From positions 1 to 60,943 of the forward strand of contig CAZXCN010000005.1 of assembly GCA_964639185.1 (NCBI GenBank): DNA of 60,943 bases, written 5' to 3'. A program made the translations under genes and the position numbers. The notes under the pieces are model-generated. The model was not told the origin of the DNA and did no database searches. It saw only the letters and a list, made by a program, of their open reading frames with translations. The first letter of the stretch is position 1. The number at the start of each line of letters is the position of its first letter. The stretch is from an uncultured Candidatus Saccharibacteria bacterium. GTDB lineage: Bacteria; Patescibacteriota; Minisyncoccia; Phycocordibacterales; UBA9973. Of the stretch, positions 46,111 to 54,437 are shown one piece after another.

Positions 46111-48024
46111 ATGGTAATAGCTACAGAAACTCAAATTGTACCTTTTGATTATCAGCTTGAGTGTCTTGAGATACTTGAACGTACTGAAAAAATTGGTAGA
46201 AAAAAAGCCCTTGTAATTCTTGCAAGTGGTTTAGGAAAAACAATACTATCTGCGCTTTTTGTAAAGAGAAGATATTTGGATTTTACTAAAGTCCGATGCC
46301 TCTTTTTATGTCACCAGAATGATGTGCTCCAACAAGCTCAGCTTGAATACGAGCAAATCTTTCAAGGCGCCGTAAATTACGGCTTCTTTCATGGTGAAGA
46401 CAAGAGTGGTCTGGGTGCTAATATCTTATTTGCATCACTACAGACAATGAGGGATCATCTGGAAAAGTTTGATCCAAATGAATTTGATGTAATCATTGTT
46501 GATGAGACACATCATATCTACGCGGAAACATATGTACCCGTGGTGCATTATTTCCAACCTGAATTCTTGTTGGGAATCACAGCAACCCCTGATCGGATGG
46601 ATGAATTAGACATAAGAGATATCTACGGAGAGGAAGTATATAATCTTCCTCTTATAGAAGCCCTTATTAGAGGATTATTAACCCCAATTGATTATCGGTT
46701 AATGACAGATGAGATCAGTTTAAGTAAAGATGTCGAAACACCGTTAGGAAAATTAAGCATAGGTTCTTTGAACCGAACAATGTTTATCCCTAAGCGCGAC
46801 GATGAGATCACCCGGATCATTCAAGAGAAAATGTACGAGGTGAGCAATCCTCGGGTTATGATTTTTTGCTCTTCAATTGAGCATTGTGAGCAGATAGCAG
46901 GACTTCTTCCTAATGCTGTACCAATTCATTCGCGAATGAATCCAAATGATCGCAAGGTGCGTTTGGAGTTATTCAAACAAGGTATGTTTAATATGGCTGT
47001 TACAGTTGATATGTTTAACGAAGCTTTAAATATTCCGGAGGCTAATGTAATCGTTTTTCTGCGGTCTACTCAATCCATGACAGTGTATCTTCAGCAATTA
47101 GGGCGAGGGTTACGACCACAAGAAAACAAACCCAAGGTTCTCATTCTTGATTTTGTGGGTAATTGTGAACGTATATCTTTTATCTACAATCTATGGGAAA
47201 AAATTACCCAAGAAAGAGGAAAACGATTGCGTAAAGGACGTAGATGGCTCATCGAACCTTTTCTCTTAAATGTTGACGCTATTGATTTCAAGGAGAAAAT
47301 TTTTCCTTTAATTGATTACATCAATAATGTAAAGTTGGGATATTACTCCACTTGGCAAGAGGCCTCAGTGGTAGCAATGGGACTTGGAATAAAAGGTGTA
47401 ATGGATTATAAGATGAATTACAGGAAAGATCCTCGGCTCCCCGGCAATCCTCATGAGTACTACGAAGATTTCCCTGGATTTCCAATATTTCTTGAAAGTA
47501 AAAATCCAAAATATGCTAAGAAATATTCTACATGGCAAGAAGCTTCAGAAAAAGCAGTAAACCTAGAATTCGTAGACAAAAGAAGTTATCGGAAAGATTG
47601 TAAACTTGACTCAAGACTTCCAAAAAATCCAGATAGGTACTATAAAGATTTTCCAGGGTGGTTATTATTTTTGCAGACAGATACTTACAAAACTTGTAAT
47701 GAAGCTGCTATTGCTGCCCGAAAGTTAGGGATTAGATCATGTATCCAGTACAGCAGGGAAAAGTTATACAAACAAGATCCTAAATTACCTGCTGCCCCCG
47801 ATCAAATCTACACTGACTTTCCTGGCTGGGAAAAATTTCTTGGAACCGATGAAAGAGATTTTTACAAAACATGGCAGGAAGCATCAATTGCTGCAATTCA
47901 ATTAGGAATTAAAAATGGTAGGGAATATTCAAAGACTTATGGTCAAGACCCTTTTCTTCCTTTTCATCCAAGTATTCAGTATAAAGACTTTCCAGGATGG
48001 TCAAAATTTCTTGGAAAAAAATAA
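46111..48024 (+). CDS. SF2 (ResIII/DEAH-type) helicase paralog with four C-terminal ~55-aa repeats
   Basis: LASGLGKT, IVDETHH, ITATPDR, QQLGRGLR. Four WQEAS...FPGW..FLG repeats. Confidence 0.8.
   Translation: MVIATETQIVPFDYQLECLEILERTEKIGRKKALVILASGLGKTILSALFVKRRYLDFTKVRCLFLCHQNDVLQQAQLEYEQIFQGAVNYGFFHGEDKSGLGANILFASLQTMRDHLEKFDPNEFDVIIVDETHHIYAETYVPVVHYFQPEFLLGITATPDRMDELDIRDIYGEEVYNLPLIEALIRGLLTPIDYRLMTDEISLSKDVETPLGKLSIGSLNRTMFIPKRDDEITRIIQEKMYEVSNPRVMIFCSSIEHCEQIAGLLPNAVPIHSRMNPNDRKVRLELFKQGMFNMAVTVDMFNEALNIPEANVIVFLRSTQSMTVYLQQLGRGLRPQENKPKVLILDFVGNCERISFIYNLWEKITQERGKRLRKGRRWLIEPFLLNVDAIDFKEKIFPLIDYINNVKLGYYSTWQEASVVAMGLGIKGVMDYKMNYRKDPRLPGNPHEYYEDFPGFPIFLESKNPKYAKKYSTWQEASEKAVNLEFVDKRSYRKDCKLDSRLPKNPDRYYKDFPGWLLFLQTDTYKTCNEAAIAARKLGIRSCIQYSREKLYKQDPKLPAAPDQIYTDFPGWEKFLGTDERDFYKTWQEASIAAIQLGIKNGREYSKTYGQDPFLPFHPSIQYKDFPGWSKFLGKK
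47341..48021 (+). repeat. four tandem protein-level repeats
   Basis: YSTWQEAS...FPGFPIFL, YSTWQEAS...FPGWLLFL, YKTCNEAA...FPGWEKFLG, YKTWQEAS...FPGWSKFLG. Confidence 0.8.
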
Positions 48025-48037
48025 TTTGTACCTTCAC

Positions 48038-48107
48038 TAATAAAAGAAAAAAAGAGGCTTTAGATTGCTCTAAAGGGCATCAACTATGTTGATGCCCTTT
48101 CTTTATT
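48038..48107 (+). repeat. 70-nt conserved 3' element, copy 2
   Basis: See 44491-44560. The four differences all fall in the loop of hairpin 1, or convert a G-U pair to G-C in hairpin 2. Confidence 0.85.
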
Positions 48108-48197
48108 CTGTGTTTTTGAAAATACTTTTCCTGAATTCAAAAAACCGATAGGTGATTATCCTCATTTATTTTCATTGGTGAGGTCTTGAAATTATGA

Positions 48198-48398
48198 GAA
48201 TATATTGGAATCGGAATAATAGTATTTGGAAATATAATTCTGGCACTCCACATAACAAAGAAGAAACTACACCTGAGTAAAGCGTTTTATTTAATAATTT
48301 TTGCTCCAACGCTTTTAGCTATCGAACATATATTGTTTAAATATATGTTCGAACACGGGATCAATTGGAGTACCGCTGTAGGCTCTTTATTATGTTAA
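48198..48398 (+). pseudogene. possible 3' remnant of a membrane-protein gene (66 open codons, no start codon)
   Basis: Hand translation EYIGIGIIVFGNIILALHITKKKLHLSKAFYLIIFAPTLLAIEHILFKYMFEHGINWSTAVGSLLC-stop. Hydrophobic and TM-like. Preceded by an in-frame TGA. Confidence 0.3.
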
Positions 48399-48426
48399 AA
48401 ATTAAATAATTTGTTATACTTAAAAA

Positions 48427-48843
48427 ATGGACAAGACTAATGAATTTTCTTTTTTACTTAAACCATCAACTCACGGTGTTGGTGTTTTTGCGGCGCATGA
48501 TATTAAAATAAATACACCAATGCGTTTATTTGGAGATGCTAATCCTCGAAGAATTTTAAAAAAAGATGATATACCTGAAGAATTTAGAAATTTTTGCGCT
48601 GATAGGGGTGAGACAATGATTTGTCCTCCTGATTTCGGATATATGCCACATGGATGGTTTTTAAATCATTCGCAAAATTCAAACACTGAAACAAGGGGCG
48701 GGTATAATGAAAAAGATGGGTATAGTTTTTTTGCAAAAAAGGATATAAAAGCTGGTGAAGAAATTACTATAGATTACAACAACCTAGAGGAGACAGAAAA
48801 TTCAAAAGAGGATTATTATAAAAGTGACATTAATATTATATGA
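48427..48843 (+). CDS. SET-domain protein (putative protein-lysine methyltransferase)
   Basis: GVGVFAAHDI, FLNHSQNSN (NHS motif), GEEITIDYN. 138 aa. Confidence 0.7.
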   Translation: MDKTNEFSFLLKPSTHGVGVFAAHDIKINTPMRLFGDANPRRILKKDDIPEEFRNFCADRGETMICPPDFGYMPHGWFLNHSQNSNTETRGGYNEKDGYSFFAKKDIKAGEEITIDYNNLEETENSKEDYYKSDINII

Positions 48844-49005
48844 AAATCAATATTTCTTACAGCATGCAATATCTAATCTACTAACTATTTTTTTATTATT
48901 AATGGTCTATCTTTGTAATCTACACGCAAAACCATTCGCTGATGACAAAAGGGAGGAGTCGGCAAAACATGTAGGTTTTAAATATTAGATTCTTTGGACA
49001 AAATA

Positions 49006-49028
49006 AAAACACGATGAATCGTGTTTTT
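49006..49028 (+). terminator. intrinsic terminator
   Basis: AAAACACGA-TGAA-TCGTGTTTT. Confidence 0.65.
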
Positions 49029-49103
49029 ATTTACACCTATTAGGTATTTTTGGGTCGCACCACTTACATAGGTAAACGGGTCGACTCCGATACTTTAATT
49101 TTT

Positions 49104-49193
49104 TGGCGGAGCCGGCGAGATTCGAACTCGCGAGGGCTTTTACACCCTGCCTCTTTAGCAAAGAGGTACGTTAGACCACTCTGACACGGCTCC
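49104..49193 (-). tRNA. tRNA-Ser (GCU), type II, CCA encoded
   Basis: Minus strand GGAGCCG...CCTCT-TTGCTAA-AGAGG, long variable arm, GCGAG-TTCGAAT-CTCGC, CGGCTCC-G-CCA. Confidence 0.85.
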
Positions 49194-49303
49194 AGATTGG
49201 TTATGAATGCATATTAGCACATAAAAAACATAAATAAAATAAGGCTTTTATAAATCTAAAAATGTAGTATAATGCCTGTCATAAGGAATAAAGTTAATAA
49301 TAC

Positions 49304-49393
49304 GGAGGATTGGATGAGTGGTTTAAATCAACGGTTTACTAAACCGTCGAACCTTAATCGGTTCCGTGAGTTCGAATCTCACATCCTCCGCCA
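49304..49393 (+). tRNA. tRNA-Ser-like type II tRNA with ACU anticodon (A34), CCA encoded
   Basis: GGAGGAT/ATCCTCC acceptor, G73. Anticodon stem ACGGT/ACCGT with loop TTACTAA. Variable arm GAACC...GGTTC. T arm GTGAG-TTCGAAT-CTCAC. Confidence 0.75.
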
Positions 49394-49440
49394 TTGACAG
49401 GTAGCACGAGATGCTATATGTTTTTGAAAATTTTAATTGT

Positions 49441-50439
49441 ATGACGAATAAAATAATCGAAGTCAAAAACCTCTCCAAAACCTTTTCTTTTTCTGTAAAG
49501 AAACAGGGTTCTTCGTTTTTTCGAAATCTCATTTCCCCTGAAATAAAAACTGTGAATGCGGTTGACGATATTTCATTTTCTGTGAACGAAGGCGAGCGAA
49601 TTGCTTTCATTGGACCAAACGGTGCGGGGAAATCAACAACAATCAAAATGTTGACTGGTATTTTATTCCCAACAAAAGGGCAAATATCTGTACTCGGCTT
49701 TGACCCAACAACTGACCGCAAGTCACTTGCATACAAGATTGGTACAGTTTTTGGACAACGTAGTCAATTATTCCCAAACTTGCCGATCACAGATTCATTT
49801 GAGTTCTTTGGTGTTATGTATGATCTATCCAAAAAAGAAATTGCATCACGCACCGCAGAATTGATTGAGCAATTTGACCTTAGTTCTTTCAAGGACCAGC
49901 CCGTTCGCAAACTCTCACTTGGACAAAGAATGCGTGCAGAAATTGCCGTATCTCTTATTCATAAACCAAAGATTATTTTTCTCGATGAGCCAACTATTGG
50001 TCTCGATGTTGTTGCAAAGAAATCACTTCGTGAACTCTTGATCAAAATAAACAAAGAAGAAAAAACAACCATCTTTTTGACTTCTCACGATGTTGGGGAT
50101 ATTGAATCCCTGTGTGATCGTACCATCATCATCAATCACGGAACAGTAGTGCGTGATATGCCAACAGACGAACTTTCAAAATCTTTTGTGCACGAGAAAT
50201 ATCTTGATATTACACTTGAATCAAAACCAAAAACTTTCCCAGAACTTCCGCAAGGGATCAAGTATGTAGAAAAAGATAGCAACAAAATAACCCTTGCGGT
50301 TGATCAAAGGGTTCTTGGTGTATCTGATGCACTCCAAAAAATACTCCCTTATTTTTCTGTTTCAGACATTGACGTCTACAATGTTGATCTTGAAACAGTA
50401 ATCAGAGAAATGTATGAAGCAACTTCGATTAGCAAATAG
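49441..50439 (+). CDS. ABC transporter ATP-binding protein
   Basis: Walker [10 protein letters not shown], signature LSLGQRMR, Walker [14 protein letters not shown]-loop SHD. ATG at 49441 preferred, because the 49411 start abuts the tRNA. Confidence 0.9.
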   Translation: MTNKIIEVKNLSKTFSFSVKKQGSSFFRNLISPEIKTVNAVDDISFSVNEGERIAFIGPNGAGKSTTIKMLTGILFPTKGQISVLGFDPTTDRKSLAYKIGTVFGQRSQLFPNLPITDSFEFFGVMYDLSKKEIASRTAELIEQFDLSSFKDQPVRKLSLGQRMRAEIAVSLIHKPKIIFLDEPTIGLDVVAKKSLRELLIKINKEEKTTIFLTSHDVGDIESLCDRTIIINHGTVVRDMPTDELSKSFVHEKYLDITLESKPKTFPELPQGIKYVEKDSNKITLAVDQRVLGVSDALQKILPYFSVSDIDVYNVDLETVIREMYEATSISK

Positions 50440-51214
50440 CATCATAACAATGATGATCAAAGACAGGATACAATATCCTGCTCGTTTGATTGTTGATACG
50501 TTTGGCATCGCAACACGATGTGGTGTTTTACTTATTCTCTATTACTACATTTTCAGTACTCGTGGCGGTGTAATCAATGGACTCACTTTTCAAATAACCG
50601 CTTGGAGTATGTTTTTGTACTTTGCATTTATGACACTGCGATTGCGTGATCTTGCAACGGCTATTATGCAAGACATAAAATCTGGAACAGTTGAGGTATT
50701 ACTTTCAAAACCAATACACTATTTGTCCTATCGTATGTGGTGGCAATTAGGTGCAGGACTATACCCATTCTTTGTTGCAGTAGTGTTGGGAACCATTGCT
50801 CTTGTTGTAGCGGTTGGTATCCCTGCAAGTATGTCGAGTTGGTTTTTCGTAGGAACTCTCTCAATTGTCTTTATTTTGGGAATCATATTGTCATTACTTG
50901 TGTATTCTGTTGTTGGATTGCTTGCCTTTTGGATAGAGGATATCAAACCATTATATTGGATTGTAGACAAAGCAGTGATGATTCTCGGAGGATCATATTT
51001 ACCAGTAGCACTTTTCCCTGCAATAATGTACAAGATTGCAATTTGGAGTCCATTTGGTGCATCTCAATTCGTGACACATACTGTGTATGACACTTGGAGA
51101 ACTGGATACTCTGAAATGATCGGAATACAAGTATTCTGGATTATAGTTTTTGGAATAATTGTCTCGTATATGTTCGGTCGAGCACACAAAAAAGTATCCG
51201 TAAATGGAGGATAA
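50414..51214 (+). CDS. ABC-2-type transporter permease
   Basis: About 6 TM. Overlaps the ATPase gene end. Typical ATPase plus two-permease trio. Confidence 0.7.
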   Translation: MKQLRLANSIITMMIKDRIQYPARLIVDTFGIATRCGVLLILYYYIFSTRGGVINGLTFQITAWSMFLYFAFMTLRLRDLATAIMQDIKSGTVEVLLSKPIHYLSYRMWWQLGAGLYPFFVAVVLGTIALVVAVGIPASMSSWFFVGTLSIVFILGIILSLLVYSVVGLLAFWIEDIKPLYWIVDKAVMILGGSYLPVALFPAIMYKIAIWSPFGASQFVTHTVYDTWRTGYSEMIGIQVFWIIVFGIIVSYMFGRAHKKVSVNGG

Positions 51215-51218
51215 ATAT

Positions 51219-52013
51219 ATGAAAAAAGAAATCAATTTCGCTATCTATGCAATAAAAAAGAATATCCAAAGTAGTGCAGAACTTCGTACAAGTTTTTGGA
51301 TGAATGTTTTTGGAATGATGATCAATAATATCTCTTTTGTGATATTGTGGGTTTTTCTTATTCAAACAGTTGGTAGTATCGGTGGATGGAGCCAAGCAGA
51401 TATCTTTGGTCTACAAGGTTTCGTTGCTTTGGTTTTCGGTATAGTTTATTCAATCGGTTCAGGGCTTCGAGAAATGCCACAACTAATTTCAGGTGGTAGA
51501 TTTGACCAATTTCTTATATCCCCAAAAAATCTTCTATCTCGTATAGCAACATCATCTTTTGGTGCTTCAGCGGTCGGAGATGTTTTCTTTGGAATCATTT
51601 GTATTGTGATATATCTTTCAATGATATCAGCGACACTTCCACAAATAGGGATGACTTTACTTCTGATCATTATTGCTTTGATCACATTTACAGGCGTGAC
51701 CATTGCAATACAATCAATCAATTTCTTTTTTACTGATCCAGAAGCGGTCACACGAAGTGTATTTGAACTATTCTTCACACCGTCACTATTTCACGGAGGA
51801 GCATTTCAAGGTACAACACGATTTGTATTTACATTCCTTGTACCATCGTTACTCATTGGAACTTTACCAGTGGAAGCGATCACTCAAACATCATTCTCAA
51901 AAATGTTTCTGCTTTTGGTATTATCAATCTTTTGGTTTATGATTTCTCTATGGTTTTTCAAGAAAGCAGTACGAAAATATGAGAGTGCAAACTTTATGAC
52001 TTTTGGTTCATGA
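51219..52013 (+). CDS. ABC-2-type transporter permease, second subunit
   Basis: About 6 TM. GGAGG lies 8 nt upstream of the ATG at 51219 (alternative start 51204). Confidence 0.7.
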   Translation: MKKEINFAIYAIKKNIQSSAELRTSFWMNVFGMMINNISFVILWVFLIQTVGSIGGWSQADIFGLQGFVALVFGIVYSIGSGLREMPQLISGGRFDQFLISPKNLLSRIATSSFGASAVGDVFFGIICIVIYLSMISATLPQIGMTLLLIIIALITFTGVTIAIQSINFFFTDPEAVTRSVFELFFTPSLFHGGAFQGTTRFVFTFLVPSLLIGTLPVEAITQTSFSKMFLLLVLSIFWFMISLWFFKKAVRKYESANFMTFGS

Positions 52014-52024
52014 TACTAAAAGAT

Positions 52025-53353
52025 CTATTTTTTACTTTTTTCAAGGCTAATATTTTTACTCGCTAAATAGACTTTACTCTTCAGACACCCAAGTAATTCT
52101 CGCTTCTCAATATCATTTCCTTCTTTCAATATATACTTTGCATATCCTCGTATATCAATATCAGGGATACTAATTTTTTCTTTAGTTCCTACCAGAAACT
52201 TTTGCATTTTAGAAAAGCGTTCAACATCTTCTTTTATCTTTTCTTTGATATAGATCTCATTGAGATCTATACTTTCTATGAGTAATTCAAATTGCTTCAA
52301 TAATTCTTTTTCTTCTATAGCACCACACTTACAATCTGGATCTCTGGCTCTTGTGCATCTATAGTAAACATAACGATGCACATTACCATTCTTTTGTTTC
52401 TTAAATTTCTCGTCAGCGGTGATACCCGATCCACATAGTCCACAAGTCATCATCTTAGTAAAAGCAAATTCTTTATTCTCTACTCGTAAGACATTACTTT
52501 TAATCTGCTCTTGAACTAGGTCAAAAAGTTCTTTTGTAATAAGTGGCTCGTGTTTACCTGTGTACCAATTACCTGACTTTTTAGGATACTCAAAAATTCC
52601 ATAATAGAATGGATTATCTAGTATTTTATAAATATTCCCTAAACTAAGATGTTTTTTGCCATATGCTGTTCTAAAGTTAAGATCAAATCTTAACCAGTTG
52701 TATACTTTTCTACCAGTCCAATGTTCGTGAGCAACTTTTTCAAACATCTTTTTAACTGTTGGAGCGCGCTCTGGGTCAACCAATGTTTCGCATTTTCTAT
52801 CCATTCGTTTTTCTTTTAAATATCCAGTTGGTGCAGGTGCAGGCCATAGTCCCATTTCGACTCTTGTTCGTAATCCTCGTTTTACGTTTACACTTTTGTT
52901 ATCATTCTCGAGCTTTGCTTGAGAACACAGAATCATGAGTAGAAACTTTTCATTTGGTGAGTTCTTAAAGTGTTGTCCGTATGTACGAATCTCCATGAGT
53001 AACTTTTGATCCATAAGGTCAACGATACTTCCAAGATCACCGGCATTACGAGAAAGACGATCAGGTGCCCATGTGAGTATTCCATTGAATCTACCTCGCC
53101 TGATATCTTCCAAAATTTCCTTGTATACGGGGCGTTGTCCTGATTCTTTTGCACTATGAGACTCACGCCTAATTTCTACAATTTCCAAACCATCTCGTTC
53201 GGCAAGATCAAGCATTTCTTTGACTTGTGAATCAATAGACAGGACTTGTTTTTCTTCTGATTCAGTTGATTTACGAGCATAAAGTACATATTTGATTTTT
53301 TGTAGTGGGGCAATGATTTCTTTGCCAATACGAGCTGATGTGTATATCTCCAT
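52025..53353 (-). CDS. large serine recombinase
   Basis: Resolvase catalytic domain YARKSTESEEKQVLSIDSQ, recombinase domain, and zinc-ribbon CGLCGS...YYRC. Confidence 0.9.
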   Translation of the reverse strand: MEIYTSARIGKEIIAPLQKIKYVLYARKSTESEEKQVLSIDSQVKEMLDLAERDGLEIVEIRRESHSAKESGQRPVYKEILEDIRRGRFNGILTWAPDRLSRNAGDLGSIVDLMDQKLLMEIRTYGQHFKNSPNEKFLLMILCSQAKLENDNKSVNVKRGLRTRVEMGLWPAPAPTGYLKEKRMDRKCETLVDPERAPTVKKMFEKVAHEHWTGRKVYNWLRFDLNFRTAYGKKHLSLGNIYKILDNPFYYGIFEYPKKSGNWYTGKHEPLITKELFDLVQEQIKSNVLRVENKEFAFTKMMTCGLCGSGITADEKFKKQKNGNVHRYVYYRCTRARDPDCKCGAIEEKELLKQFELLIESIDLNEIYIKEKIKEDVERFSKMQKFLVGTKEKISIPDIDIRGYAKYILKEGNDIEKRELLGCLKSKVYLASKNISLEKSKK

Positions 53354-53554
53354 ATATAATTAATGACAGAGAAAGAGCTTTTTGCTAAGCTATGCAGAGC
53401 TAAAAATACATTGCATACTCGCGTTGACAGCCTTAGCAAAACCATTGATTTGCGATACAATTTAGTAGAATAATTTCACAAAAAATGATATTATTTCTTT
53501 ACAAGTTAATATGTGTTGACCTAACCCCTTTGGTTTCCCAAAGGATATGGTTGA

Positions 53555-53703
53555 AAAACTCGCTACAAGATAAAAACCCCGTCGTCAGGGTTACTTGTAG
53601 CGAGTCACATCGGGAAACTGGTGTGGGTGATCTTCGGGTCATCGGCTTGGCGGCGGGATTTTTGTCTACCTGCCAAGTTTATTATTAAAACTCGCTACAA
53701 GAT
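53555..53703. promoter_or_regulatory. 17-nt direct repeats plus one inverted copy, bracketing a GC-richer structured segment
   Basis: AAAACTCGCTACAAGAT at 53555-71 and 53687-703. CTTGTAGCGAGT at 53594-605. Internal hairpins. Confidence 0.5.
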
Positions 53704-53704
53704 T

Positions 53705-54295
53705 ATGGACAAAGAAAAAATAATGAGTTGGGTAAACTCTCACAAAATACTCAGTGTTTTTATTGGTATTGTTTCTTTTATAATTATTATTGGTGTTATT
53801 ACTCCAAGTTCACCAAAAACAACTCCAACACCACAAGTTGCGACTACACCTCAAACATATGAGGATCGTATAAAAGCACTTGCAGTGAAAACAGGTACGA
53901 CTAACATATCGTACAAAGGTATTGAAGATGTAAAAGCAGATAGTAATCGACCAGAAGGATCTCGCATGATTACAGTTAGTTTGAATATTGGAGATTATTA
54001 TAATGCGAGTGCTTTGTATAAAAACACAGGAGAATTATCAGGAAAAATAATGCAAGAAACATTTGCATCAAATCCAAATGTATACGATGTTATCGTTTGG
54101 TATTATGCAGAAATGACTGATTCATACGGTAACAAAGAAAACAAAGTATTGATCTCACAAGGGATTGATAAAGATACATACCAGAAAATCAATTGGCAAA
54201 ATTTTGATAGCACCAAGCTCTGTGATTTATTGAAAACAGAAGGAACTAAAAACGGAGGCGAAACAGCATGTGTTGTATTAGCAAATATAAAGTAA
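53705..54295 (+). CDS. membrane-anchored/secreted hypothetical protein
   Basis: N-terminal TM (ILSVFIGIVSFIIIIGVI) followed by a Pro/Thr linker. ATG at 53705 preferred over the extension at 53621. Confidence 0.55.
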   Translation: MDKEKIMSWVNSHKILSVFIGIVSFIIIIGVITPSSPKTTPTPQVATTPQTYEDRIKALAVKTGTTNISYKGIEDVKADSNRPEGSRMITVSLNIGDYYNASALYKNTGELSGKIMQETFASNPNVYDVIVWYYAEMTDSYGNKENKVLISQGIDKDTYQKINWQNFDSTKLCDLLKTEGTKNGGETACVVLANIK

Positions 54296-54396
54296 AGAGA
54301 TTTTTTAGAAAATTATTCTATAAGAATAATACTTTCATTGTGAAGATATTTATCAATATCCCAACACAGTCAAAGAAACAAAAACCTTATACACCC

Positions 54397-54426
54397 AAAA
54401 AGCGACTCGAACAGAAGTCGCTTTTT
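54397..54426. terminator. bidirectional terminator
   Basis: AGCGACT-N8-AGTCGCT flanked by A and T runs. Confidence 0.65.
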
Positions 54427-54437
54427 GATTAGTGTAT

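Noticed and set aside
48902-48988. 28-codon ORF (MVYLCNLHAKPFADDKREESAKHVGFKY) between the SET gene and a terminator.
   Set aside because: No ribosome-binding or promoter context and no recognisable features. It is short enough to arise by chance.
49040-49100. Possible tRNA 3' fragment or att scar (GGGTCGACTCC-like T-loop string) next to tRNA-Ser(GCU).
   Set aside because: The flanking bases do not form a T stem or an acceptor arm, so there is too little to call.
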